Shown here: positions 1-8,564 of the stretch, in pieces
Layout of the letters: every line of letters starts with the position of its first letter
Position numbering within the stretch: position 1 is the first letter of the stretch
NCBI GenBank assembly: GCA_963711565.1
Contig: CAVQEQ010000004.1
Coordinates: 928,001-992,000, forward strand
Direction: 5' to 3'
Source: an uncultured delta proteobacterium
Lineage (GTDB): Bacteria; Desulfobacterota; Binatia; Binatales; Binataceae
Length of the DNA: 64,000 nucleotides
Program-made: the position numbers and the translations under genes
Notes under the pieces: generated by a model
What the model saw: only the letters and a program-made list of their open reading frames with translations
Told to the model about the DNA's origin: nothing
The model's database searches: none

Positions 1-481
1 GTCCGTCGCTAAGGCGGTTGACTGCGATATTGTCGGGTGAGGCCTCGAAGATCGTGCGCAGCATCGACTCGCTGGCTCGCAGCCGGAGGTGATCGCGCTC
101 GCGCTCCGCCTGCCAGCGCGCGTTCCACGGCAGCAGGGTCCCGGCGCCGAAGAAAAACAACACGAGCGACGCCACCAGCATGTAGCTGTCGCCGTTGATC
201 ACCGCGATAGACGCCGTGCACGCCAGTATCGACGAAAAGAGGATCAGCGTGATTGCCCGCCAGTTCCGCATCGCGCGCGGCGACAGCGTCGCGGCGAGCG
301 CAGCCAGGCCAAACGACATGCTCGCGATGTGCAGCGGCAGCGTGATCGAAAACGTCGGCGGATACTCCGCGCGATCGAGCATCGTGTATCCAATTTGAAA
401 AAAGATTATCGCCAATGAGCACGCGCGCAGTATCGGCGAAACCAATTCCGGACTGCCGTCGGCGCCCGTCGCGAGCGTCAC
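1..481 (-). CDS. Membrane-anchored PAS-domain sensor protein, N-terminal part (runs off the left edge; start uncertain)
   Basis: Open minus-strand frame missing from the ORF track because it has no stop in the window. Manual translation gives LAIIFFQIGYTMLDR...LILFSSILACTASIAVINGDSYMLVASLVLFFFGAGTLLPWNARWQAERERDHLRLRASESMLRTIFEASPDNIAVNRLSDG: hydrophobic helices followed by a typical PAS entry. GTG at 481 is one candidate start. Confidence 0.7.
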   Translation of the reverse strand, partial: MTLATGADGSPELVSPILRACSLAIIFFQIGYTMLDRAEYPPTFSITLPLHIASMSFGLAALAATLSPRAMRNWRAITLILFSSILACTASIAVINGDSYMLVASLVLFFFGAGTLLPWNARWQAERERDHLRLRASESMLRTIFEASPDNIAVNRLSDG

Positions 482-644
482 CGTTTGGCCGGGACTATTC
501 GCCGGTCCGACTGCGACAGCGTCGGTTATCGGATCGCAGGGAGGGCGGGCGGCCGGCGCAGCCGTGCCGTTGTGTGAGCGCCGCGGGCCAAGTCCCAGGC
601 CCTCGGCGGGCGGATCGATCTGAGGGTCCACACATCAACAGCAA

Positions 645-659
645 GCAAGTCCAATGCCC
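645..659 (-). promoter_or_regulatory. Possible sigma-54 (-24/-12) promoter for the PAS sensor gene
   Basis: Minus strand reads GGGCATTGGACTTGC, i.e. GG-N10-GC ending in TTGC. It differs from the TGGCAC consensus at two positions. Confidence 0.4.
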
Positions 660-786
660 TGATGAGGCATGGCAACGACCTGCTATTGCCGTCCGACGTT
701 GGCTTCTGTCGTCGAATTTCTGCGATGTCGCAGAGGGTGTCCCAGAATGCTTTGGCAGCGAGCGCGACACGGGAACCGAACGCGCG

Positions 787-1944
787 TCAGCCGCTCAGCG
801 CTATCTCGAAATCCTCGATCAGGTCGTCGCTCGATTCGAGGCCTACCGACAGCCGGATCAGGCCGTCGGCGATTCCTGCCCGCGCACGCTCGGCGGCCGA
901 CATTCCAGAGTGCGAAGTCGTCGAGGGCCGCGTGATCAACGTCTCGACGCCGCCGAGACTCGGCGCGCTGATCGGTATCGTCACGCGATCCATGAAGCAG
1001 CCAGCCGCGTCGAGGCCGCCGTCAAGCTCGAAGCTCAGCACGCCGCCGAAGCCGTCGAACAGTTCGCACGCGCGCAGGTGATTCGGATGGCTCTCGAGGC
1101 CGGGATAGTTCACCCGCGCAACCGCGCGATGCTGCTCGAGCCATCGCGCAATCTTCAGCGCGCTCTCGTTCTGATGGCGCACGCGCACCGCCAGCGTTTT
1201 CATCCCGCGATGCAGCAGGAAGCATGCATGAGGATCGAGACTGCCGCCAAGATGGTTCTGCGTGTGCTTGATGCTCTCCACCAGGTCCGCGCGTCCGATC
1301 ACTGCGCCGGCGACGATATCGGTGTGGCCGTTGAGATACTTGGTCCCGCTATGCAGCGACAGGTCGAAGCCGATTTCGGCGGGGCGAAAATTAATCGGGC
1401 TCGCGAAGGTGTTGTCGATGATCGAGACCAGCGCGGTCTCCGCCGCGAAATCCACCGCAGCCTGCAAGTCGCTCACCTGCAGCAGCGGATTCGACATCGC
1501 CTCGAAGTATATGGCCTTGGTGTTCGGGCGAAGCGCCTCGCGCCAGGTGGCAGGCTCGTCGCCGTCAACGAAATCGACCGACAGCCCGTAGCGCGGGAAC
1601 TCCTCGACGAAGAGATCGTGCGTGCCGCCGTAAACGCAGTCCTGCGCGAGCAGGTGCCCGCCGCCGGCGAGGACAGTCAGGAGAGTCGCCGATATCGCCG
1701 CCATCCCGCTCGTCGCGACCAGCGCCGCTTCCGCGTTTTCGAGCGCGGCGAGCTTGGCGTGCAGCACCGCGTGATTGGGAGTGTTGTTGAGCCGGATGTA
1801 GCGCAGGTCGTGATAGCTGGTTTGCCCCGCGTACTCGTAGGTCGAGGATTGAAAGATAGGCATCGTCACCGCGCCGCCGATCAACGGCTCCGGCTCGCCG
1901 GCATGAATCAGCTTGGTGTCGAGTCCTTTGATAAGTCGCGCCAT
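787..1944 (-). CDS. PLP-dependent trans-sulfuration enzyme (cystathionine gamma-synthase/lyase, methionine gamma-lyase family)
   Basis: Motifs PIFQSST, SGMAAI, DNTFASP, HSGTKYLNGH (PLP lysine), SLGGVETL, IRLSVGLE. Start set at ATG 1944 (MARLIKG). Confidence 0.93.
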   Translation of the reverse strand: MARLIKGLDTKLIHAGEPEPLIGGAVTMPIFQSSTYEYAGQTSYHDLRYIRLNNTPNHAVLHAKLAALENAEAALVATSGMAAISATLLTVLAGGGHLLAQDCVYGGTHDLFVEEFPRYGLSVDFVDGDEPATWREALRPNTKAIYFEAMSNPLLQVSDLQAAVDFAAETALVSIIDNTFASPINFRPAEIGFDLSLHSGTKYLNGHTDIVAGAVIGRADLVESIKHTQNHLGGSLDPHACFLLHRGMKTLAVRVRHQNESALKIARWLEQHRAVARVNYPGLESHPNHLRACELFDGFGGVLSFELDGGLDAAGCFMDRVTIPISAPSLGGVETLITRPSTTSHSGMSAAERARAGIADGLIRLSVGLESSDDLIEDFEIALSG

Positions 1945-1960
1945 TGGTTCCGCTCTCCGC

Positions 1961-2004
1961 TGCCACGACATTTATCACCCGGCGCGTCAGGGAAAATAGG
2001 TGTC
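1961..2004. repeat. Direct repeat R1, copy a (44 bp)
   Basis: tgccacgacatttatcacccggcgcgtcagggaaaataggtgtc matches 2600-2643 at 41 of 44 positions. Confidence 0.92.
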
Positions 2005-2067
2005 TCTTCCAGTGGGGCGGGCCGCCGTGCCCGCCGCCGACCGGCTCGAACTTCTTCCCCGGGCAGC

Positions 2068-2568
2068 TCAGCGTCGCCGGGTTGAGGGTTCTGTTTTATG
2101 CAAATAGGTCGTGAACCCATCGGCTGGAGGCGCGATCGAGTTTTGCATCATGATCAAGCTGATTTGTCCCCGATGGTATTCGCCGTGAACTGTCACGTGC
2201 ATCAGCATTTCTTCGCGTGACATGCGGCCCGGCAGGCCATCGGTAAAGGCAAAGTCGATACGCTCGGCCAACTGTGTTTCATCAAGACCTGAAACATAGT
2301 TGAGATACCACTGATCGCTGGTTTTGATCGCCGCGGACAGTTCTTCCAGCGATGGCGCCTGGCCTGGGTTGGGCGTCGTGTATCCGTGCTCGGCTCGCCG
2401 CAAGTTCGCAGCGAAGATGCGGTCGACAGCATAAGTGTGGTTGAGGACTCTGACGGCGATCTCCTTTGCAGGAGAGGCATTGTCAAATTGTCGCATTGCC
2501 GCAAGAATCTCGACGTTGGCCTTTGCCTTGTAGTTGAATACCCGTTCAAGCGTGCTGACTTGATCCAT
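2068..2568 (-). CDS. DinB/YfiT-like metal-binding protein
   Basis: Pattern YKAKAN...LNHTYAVDRIF...MHVTVHGEYHRGQI with three His ligands. Start set at ATG 2568. Confidence 0.88.
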   Translation of the reverse strand: MDQVSTLERVFNYKAKANVEILAAMRQFDNASPAKEIAVRVLNHTYAVDRIFAANLRRAEHGYTTPNPGQAPSLEELSAAIKTSDQWYLNYVSGLDETQLAERIDFAFTDGLPGRMSREEMLMHVTVHGEYHRGQISLIMMQNSIAPPADGFTTYLHKTEPSTRRR

Positions 2569-2599
2569 GTTCTTTCTCCCAATCCAGGTAATCACGCCA

Positions 2600-2643
2600 T
2601 GCCACGACATTTATCATTCGGCGCATCAGGGAAAATAGGTGTC
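2600..2643. repeat. Direct repeat R1, copy b; contains the last five codons and stop (DTYFP*) of the 514 aa membrane gene
   Basis: tgccacgacatttatcattcggcgcatcagggaaaataggtgtc. Confidence 0.92.
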
Positions 2644-4170
2644 GGCGGGCTTGCCATCGACGCCGGCGACGTTGCCCACGACGGGTCCTTCGCCGGGGGT
2701 CGCTACGCGGCCGAAGAGCGCTGCGGTTTGATCGCTATATAGTAGATGCCAGCGCGGGTCGTTCCTGACGAGGTCGGCTCCCTTGGTCTGTACGCCCATC
2801 AGCACGTAGTCGTGCGGATACGCGTCGAGCAGGGCCGCGGAGCCTTCCATCCCATAGAAGAATCTCGCGTAGTCGCCTTCCTGCTTGTCGGAATAAACCA
2901 GCTCGCCGCGCGGGTCGATATAAACCTTGAACGCGTCGCCCATGTGCCACAGCACCCACGAGCCCCATTCAAACTGCGGCAGGATGTTGCCGTGGAGGTG
3001 ATGTTCCTGCATGAAGGCGAGCGCGCCCGTCGGCATCGGCTTCCAGGTCTTGAGGCGATTCGAGAAGGTTCCACCGACGAGCGCGAGCGCAATCGCGCAA
3101 AACGCCATCAGCGCCGCCGGCGGTTCGCGGTCATCGGGCTGCGCGCCAGTCTTGAGCTCGGCGCCGCGCTCCAATGCCAGACTCGCGTGGCGCGCCAGCG
3201 GAATCGCGACTGCGATCACCCCGACGGCTACGTTGCGCGCGGCATAGAAGGCGGCGCCGATAAAGACTATCGCGACCGCGACCAGGGCCGCGTCGCCGAG
3301 CTCGGGAGCTATCGCAACCGCCGCGACGAATCCGGCAAACATCAGCATCGGCGCGACGTACTGCAGCAACTCATTCGGGGAGGTCCGCCAATTCGACAGC
3401 ATCATCGTCAACAGCGGCACCCAATCGGCGATTACTTGTCGAATCAGCGGGTCGCCGACCGAATGCGCGACTCCAGTCCACAAGCCGACGCCGAACGGAT
3501 TGATAAGCGTGGCCGCCGCGCATCCAAGCGTGATCAATGCGAGCCGCCACGCCGCCGCGATGCGGCCGGCGTCGCCTAACCACCCCTGGACGAACATGAC
3601 CGCGGCCGCGATTCCGATTGCGCCGAGTCCGACGATGTAGCCGCCGTGAAAGTTGGCCCACAACGCGAACATCGGGATCAGCGGCCACAGGATCGCGCGC
3701 CCGCGGTAAGCCTCGATCGCGAGCGCCATCATCACGACGCTCATCATCATGAAGGTGAAGAGCTGCGGTCGAAATTGCATCTGGGTCGAGATCGCGACGG
3801 CGCTGAGAATCAGCGTGATCCTTTGCACTCGGGCCGCGGCGCCGGTGGCGGAAATACCGATCGCCAGCGCGATTATCAGGATGCTCGAGCAGATCAGCTT
3901 CAGGAGCTTGAGGCCGAACACGCCGAGATGCGCATAGCAGAAGGCCAGCGCCACCTGCGACAGCCATTCGTGATTGTGCCACGGCATATTGGCCGCGGCG
4001 TAGGAGTAGGTGTCGAAGCGCGGAATATGGCCGGTGCGCAGAGTCGTCTGGCCGGTCAGCATGTGTATCCACAGATCCGGCTCGGCGAAGTTGTCAGCCG
4101 TCGCGAGCGCGATTGAAAGGATCACCGTCCATCGCGACGCGGAAAGCAACGAGTAGCGCTGATTCTTCAA
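2626..4170 (-). CDS. Polytopic membrane protein, probable GT-C fold glycosyltransferase
   Basis: Acidic first loop EPDLWIHMLTG, WHNHEWL, RPQLFT, LWANFHGG, many TM helices, C-terminal soluble domain with YIDPRGELVY. Confidence 0.7.
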   Translation of the reverse strand: MKNQRYSLLSASRWTVILSIALATADNFAEPDLWIHMLTGQTTLRTGHIPRFDTYSYAAANMPWHNHEWLSQVALAFCYAHLGVFGLKLLKLICSSILIIALAIGISATGAAARVQRITLILSAVAISTQMQFRPQLFTFMMMSVVMMALAIEAYRGRAILWPLIPMFALWANFHGGYIVGLGAIGIAAAVMFVQGWLGDAGRIAAAWRLALITLGCAAATLINPFGVGLWTGVAHSVGDPLIRQVIADWVPLLTMMLSNWRTSPNELLQYVAPMLMFAGFVAAVAIAPELGDAALVAVAIVFIGAAFYAARNVAVGVIAVAIPLARHASLALERGAELKTGAQPDDREPPAALMAFCAIALALVGGTFSNRLKTWKPMPTGALAFMQEHHLHGNILPQFEWGSWVLWHMGDAFKVYIDPRGELVYSDKQEGDYARFFYGMEGSAALLDAYPHDYVLMGVQTKGADLVRNDPRWHLLYSDQTAALFGRVATPGEGPVVGNVAGVDGKPADTYFP

Positions 4171-4216
4171 CGACGTGCGAGTGAATCACCGTCGGCGCGC
4201 GTCCGCAATAGCTCAT

Positions 4217-4278
4217 GCTTTCGCCGACTCCATCGCGCCGGTAATCTAGTCGCGTGAAATCTCTGGTAATCTGCGGCG
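4217..4278. repeat. Direct repeat R2, copy a (62 bp); putative promoter and first codons of the GT87 gene
   Basis: gctttcgccgactccatcgcgccggtaatctagtcgcgtgaaatctctggtaatctgcggcg matches 8503-8564 at 57 of 62 positions. Confidence 0.93.
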
Positions 4279-5543
4279 ACTCGGGTGCTGCGTCGAGTCC
4301 GGGCGTCGCTGGAGCGAACGGCTCCCCCTCTCCGAGCCGGGCGCGGGCTTTCGTCGATGCGTTCAGAGAGGCACCCTGGATCACCGCCGATCGCGTCCGC
4401 GGCTACTCGAGGCTCATGTGCGTGTGCTACCTCGCACTGTTTGTCGCCTGGCTGGTGCTCAGACCGGGCGGAGTCATGGCGACGTTGCAGCCGGTCGGTG
4501 GCGACTTTCCGCCGTTCTGGACGGCTTCCTCCCTGGCGCTCCAGGGGCATCCCGCGGCAGTTTACGACCACCGTAAGCTGGACGCCGCCGAAAAGGAGGT
4601 GCTGCGCGACAAAGATCCGGGCTACCAGCCTTTCGTGTACCCGCCCATGTTCCTCGTAATAGTGCTCCCGCTAGCACTGCTTCCGTACAACGGCGCACTG
4701 ACCGCCTGGACACTGGTCGGACTGACGGTCTATCTGACCGTGATGTGGAAGATCGCGCCTCGGCGTGACGCGCTATGGCTGGCGCTCGCGTTTCCCGGCG
4801 CCCTGGTCACGATTCTCGACGGACAGAACGGCCTGGTAACGGTGGCGCTGTTCGGCGGCGGATTGCTGCTGCTCGAACGGCGCCCTTGGGTCGCAGGCGC
4901 GCTATTCGGACTCCTCTGCTACAAGCCGCAGTTCGGAATTCTATTGCCACTAGCTTTTGTAGCAGCGCGGCAGTGGCGAGCTGCTATCGGCGCGGCGCTG
5001 GTGGTCGCCGCGTTCGCCGGGCTCTCGGCGACGCTATTCGGAGTGGAAACCTGGCGGGCATTTCTGGACGGCATCCCGTTGGCGACTCGGAGCATGCTGG
5101 TGCAGGGCGACGTTGGCTTCGGCAAGATTCAAAGCATCTTCGGCGCGGCGAGACTGTGGGGCGCATCCGTCGCTGTGTCTTACGCGATGCAAACCGTGGT
5201 CAGCGTACTCGCTACGGGCGCGGTGCTGTGGGTATGGCTCAAACCCTGTGGGTATCCTGTCAAAGCCGCGGCGTTGGCCACCGGGACCCTGTTGGTCACG
5301 CCGTACCTGCTCGACTACGACCTGGTGTTGCTGGCACTGCCGATCGCGTGGCTGTCGTGGGACGCCGTGCACTCAACATTCCTGCCCTGGGAAAAATCGC
5401 TCCTGTTTTTCGTATGGCTATTTCCACTGTTCGCGCGAGTGCTGAGCTTGCTCGCGCATCTGCCTTTGACGCCATTGGTTCTCGCGATGTTGTTGCTTGC
5501 CATTGTCCGGCGCGGTGTGGCGGCGAAAGCAATGTGCACCTAG
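4254..5543 (+). CDS. GT87/DUF2029 family membrane glycosyltransferase
   Basis: Motifs GGDFPPFW, FVYPP, GQNGL, YKPQFG, TPYLLDYD; polytopic. Confidence 0.88.
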   Translation: MKSLVICGDSGAASSPGVAGANGSPSPSRARAFVDAFREAPWITADRVRGYSRLMCVCYLALFVAWLVLRPGGVMATLQPVGGDFPPFWTASSLALQGHPAAVYDHRKLDAAEKEVLRDKDPGYQPFVYPPMFLVIVLPLALLPYNGALTAWTLVGLTVYLTVMWKIAPRRDALWLALAFPGALVTILDGQNGLVTVALFGGGLLLLERRPWVAGALFGLLCYKPQFGILLPLAFVAARQWRAAIGAALVVAAFAGLSATLFGVETWRAFLDGIPLATRSMLVQGDVGFGKIQSIFGAARLWGASVAVSYAMQTVVSVLATGAVLWVWLKPCGYPVKAAALATGTLLVTPYLLDYDLVLLALPIAWLSWDAVHSTFLPWEKSLLFFVWLFPLFARVLSLLAHLPLTPLVLAMLLLAIVRRGVAAKAMCT

Positions 5544-5610
5544 CAATTCAGAGCTTTCGTGATACAGAACTGTTGGATTGGGTGGCGAAAACTGAAATCA
5601 CCCCGATCTC

Positions 5611-6351
5611 TCAAGATCGTCTTCGTGCGACCAGCAACAGTGAGACTCCGAACGGCACGGAGATATGGCCGCCGAGCGCGTATCGCTCGCTCGAGAACAC
5701 GGTTCGCAGGAGCGAGTTGACAACACCGGAATGGTTCCGGAGGTCGTGTTCGTGCTGCGGACTTGATTTGCGCAGGCGGCCTAGCAGGCGCGCCGCCGCG
5801 ATCGGCGGGAACAGCAGGAAGTTGTAGTAGCTGAGATAATCCACGTCGAATCCGGCGCGCTCGAAAAGCGTGCGGAGCTCGCCTGCCACGTAGCGTCGTT
5901 GATGGTGATGGGTGGCGTCATGCGCGCTCCATAAGAAGGGGAAGGCCGGGACGGTTGCCAGCAGCCAGCCGCCCGGCTTGAGCCGCTGGCGAAGCACGGT
6001 CAGCGTTTCCGCGTCGCGATCAAGATGCTCCAAAACGTCGGTCATCACCACCAGCTCGAAGCTGACATTCTCAAACGGTACTTGCTCTGGCAGTTGGCCC
6101 TGCCGCACTATCGCAGTTTTTCTGGCGCTGGAAAATTTGCATGCCTCGAGGTCGGAGTCCATCGCGTAGACCTCGCCGAAGCGGCCCAACATGGCAAAGT
6201 TGCCGCCGGTGCCGCAGCCCGGCTCCAGAATTCTGGCGCCTGGGGACAAGCCCAGGCGCGAGATCACGCTCGCAACAATCGCCCGGCGGGAACAGAACCA
6301 CCAGTGACTGTCTTCGATTTGCGCCATCAGCGGATAGAGCTCGGAATCCAC
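5611..6351 (-). CDS. Class I SAM-dependent methyltransferase of the type often found beside gtrB
   Basis: EDSHWWF, LEPGCGTG, DVLEH, TVPAFPFLWSAHD, HQRRY. Confidence 0.88.
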   Translation of the reverse strand: MDSELYPLMAQIEDSHWWFCSRRAIVASVISRLGLSPGARILEPGCGTGGNFAMLGRFGEVYAMDSDLEACKFSSARKTAIVRQGQLPEQVPFENVSFELVVMTDVLEHLDRDAETLTVLRQRLKPGGWLLATVPAFPFLWSAHDATHHHQRRYVAGELRTLFERAGFDVDYLSYYNFLLFPPIAAARLLGRLRKSSPQHEHDLRNHSGVVNSLLRTVFSSERYALGGHISVPFGVSLLLVARRRS

Positions 6352-6354
6352 GCG

Positions 6355-7377
6355 TCAGGGGCGATCTTCGTACTGCTCGAAGCCGTGCGCCTCGCGCAAG
6401 AGATAGAGCGGACGATGTTTGACCTCGGTATAGACCCGGCCCAGGTATTCCCCAATAACACCCAGAGTGATGAGCTCAATACCGGCCAGAAACAACACGA
6501 CTACCATCAATGAGGTGTAGCCGGGAACGTTGATTCCGCGCGCGAGCTTGAACACTGCGAGAAAAAGCGCATACGCAAAGGCGAGGATCGAGATGACGAC
6601 TCCGACGTAGCTCCAGATCTTTAGCGGCAACGAACTGAACGAAGTGATTCCGTCGAGCGCAAAATTCCACAGCCGCCAGTACGTCCACGCGCTACCCCCG
6701 GCATTGCGTCGCTCGCGTTCAAAGCTCAGCTCCGTCTGCTTGAAGCCGACCCATGCGAACAGCCCCTTCATGAACCGCGAACGTTCGGGGAGCCGTAGCA
6801 GAGCGTCGACCACTCGTCGGTCGAGCAGACGGAAATCTCCTGCGTTGGGCGGAATCGGAACCTCGGAGACAGCGTCGAACAGACGGTAAAACATGCCGGC
6901 GGTCAGCCGCTTCGCGAGTCCGTCACCAGGGCGCATATGTCGCGTCGCATACACCACGTCGTAGCCAAGACGCCATTGCGCGACCATCTCCTCGATGAGC
7001 TCGGGGGGATCCTGCAGGTCACAGTCGATGGGGATGACCGCCGCGCCGCAGCTATGTTCGATGCCGGCGCTGAGCGCCACCTCTTTGCCGAAATTGCGTG
7101 AGAAGCTCAAGATTTTGAGCTTGGGATCTTGAGCCCGCCGCTCAATTAGGCGGGCCAGGGTTTCATCCGTGCTCCCATCGTCAATGCACACGATTTCGTA
7201 ACTGATCGCCAGACGTTCGAGCACCGCGAGCAGCCGCCGGAAGAACTCATCGAGGTTTGCAGCCTCGTTATAGATCGGAATCACGATTGAGAGTTTGACC
7301 CGCGATTCTCCAAACTGATCCGCGGCTGTGGGTCTCCCGCTCGCAGAATCCTGATCGGTATTCACGCTCTTGCGCAA
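6355..7377 (-). CDS. GT2 polyprenyl-phosphate glycosyltransferase (GtrB/YkoT-like); start uncertain
   Basis: IPIYNE, DDGSTD, SRNFGKE, DCDLQDPP, GDFRLLDR, two C-terminal TM helices, IGEYLGR. Confidence 0.92.
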   Translation of the reverse strand: MRKSVNTDQDSASGRPTAADQFGESRVKLSIVIPIYNEAANLDEFFRRLLAVLERLAISYEIVCIDDGSTDETLARLIERRAQDPKLKILSFSRNFGKEVALSAGIEHSCGAAVIPIDCDLQDPPELIEEMVAQWRLGYDVVYATRHMRPGDGLAKRLTAGMFYRLFDAVSEVPIPPNAGDFRLLDRRVVDALLRLPERSRFMKGLFAWVGFKQTELSFERERRNAGGSAWTYWRLWNFALDGITSFSSLPLKIWSYVGVVISILAFAYALFLAVFKLARGINVPGYTSLMVVVLFLAGIELITLGVIGEYLGRVYTEVKHRPLYLLREAHGFEQYEDRP

Positions 7378-8387
7378 CGAGTCCTCGCCGTACGTACGAT
7401 CAAAATAGAGACTGTCGTAACCGCGACGCCAGCAATCATATCGACCAGGTAATGATGTCCTGCGAATGGAATAGCCACCAACATCAGTGCATTCAGAATA
7501 GCGACCGGCACAAAGCTTCGAAGCGGCGGGCGATTGACGTAGACCACGAGAACGGCGATGACAGTGTGAAATGACGGGAACGAGACGACCCCGGTCATAC
7601 TACCCAGCGCGAACTTCTGCAAACTACCATCGCGTAACGTCAGCAGCACCGCCGACCACCGCGGCATCCCGCCTTTGCCGTATGGACCGAGAGCCGGAAA
7701 GAGTCCCGACAGCGTGATGGTAATTAATCCCGATAGAATTCCAATCCACAGCAGCTCCCGATTTCGGTCCCTGCGTTTGATCGCCGCGAAAAAGGCAGTC
7801 AACAGCAACACCTGGATGATCGTGTTGTGATAGGCGTGTTCCAGTATGGATCTGAGCCATGGGCTCAATGCAGTAATCCAGTCGAAACCCGCATTCCAGT
7901 TAAATCCCAGCGCCGCGTCCGCCCGCGCGAACTGAGAATCCCACAGCGGCATTCGAAGAGTCGCGACCGCGTAGCTAAGAATTTCGAGCGCGACAAAGAA
8001 CCCTATCCACAGCGCGCAATAGTGCGCCGCCTCCGCCACTCGCGGGGCGCGTCGGCTGTAGTCGATCAGGAATCCGAACGCGGCGAACATGGCGACCCCT
8101 TTGACCACCGGCATCAATCCACTGATCTCGAACCCCGCGTGCCAGGCCCATAGCCAGTCGATCGATGCTAGCGTCAGTATTACCGCCCACGCTCTGAGGA
8201 TGTAGTCGGGGTCGTCGAGAAATTTCCGCGACACGTTCGCACTCGTCCGTGATGCGATGTTCAAGGACTCTGCCGCGGTCTCCGGGTATTCGGATATCGC
8301 CGCGGCGGGATCGATATTCGTGCTCTTTTGCAATGACTCTTCGCCTCGCTCCCGAACCTTGGACGCCGACGTGCCGATGGTGAGCAC
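7362..8387 (-). CDS. PAP2-superfamily membrane phosphotransferase (inositol phosphorylceramide synthase/Aur1-like subgroup); start may lie further downstream
   Basis: FPALGP, SFPSFH, GHHYLVDMIAG and several TM helices. Confidence 0.8.
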   Translation of the reverse strand: MLTIGTSASKVRERGEESLQKSTNIDPAAAISEYPETAAESLNIASRTSANVSRKFLDDPDYILRAWAVILTLASIDWLWAWHAGFEISGLMPVVKGVAMFAAFGFLIDYSRRAPRVAEAAHYCALWIGFFVALEILSYAVATLRMPLWDSQFARADAALGFNWNAGFDWITALSPWLRSILEHAYHNTIIQVLLLTAFFAAIKRRDRNRELLWIGILSGLITITLSGLFPALGPYGKGGMPRWSAVLLTLRDGSLQKFALGSMTGVVSFPSFHTVIAVLVVYVNRPPLRSFVPVAILNALMLVAIPFAGHHYLVDMIAGVAVTTVSILIVRTARTRCARA

Positions 8388-8502
8388 TTACTATGCCAGA
8401 ATCGCCCCGGCCAAAAAGCCCTTATCGAACTTTGACCTCCGGCGAGTTCGCCACGGTCTCGATCCTCTCCCATGTTGCATCGACGCAACAAACTCGGCAC
8501 GC

Positions 8503-8564
8503 GCTTTCGCGGACTCAATCGCGCCGGTAATCTAGTCGCGTGAAAGCTCTCGTAATCGGCGGCG
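8503..8564. repeat. Direct repeat R2, copy b; putative promoter and first eight codons of thiO
   Basis: gctttcgcggactcaatcgcgccggtaatctagtcgcgtgaaagctctcgtaatcggcggcg. TAATCT lies 6 nt before the GTG start in both copies. Confidence 0.93.

Noticed and set aside
654-700. Hammerhead ribozyme suggested by CTGATGAG
   Set aside because: No GAAA core follows stem II, and the motif sits in the loop of a simple ATGCC/GGCAT hairpin.
415-2085. 556 aa plus-strand ORF and other long antisense ORFs (13216-14805, 16731-18251, 31119-32603, 50902-52755, 58282-60138)
   Set aside because: They shadow well-supported genes on the opposite strand, which is expected with high-GC codon bias, and they contain no recognisable motifs.
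1961-8564. CRISPR array, integron cassettes or prophage att sites for R1 and R2
   Set aside because: Each repeat has only two copies, spacing is gene-sized, there is no attC-like palindrome, and no cas, integrase or phage gene is present.
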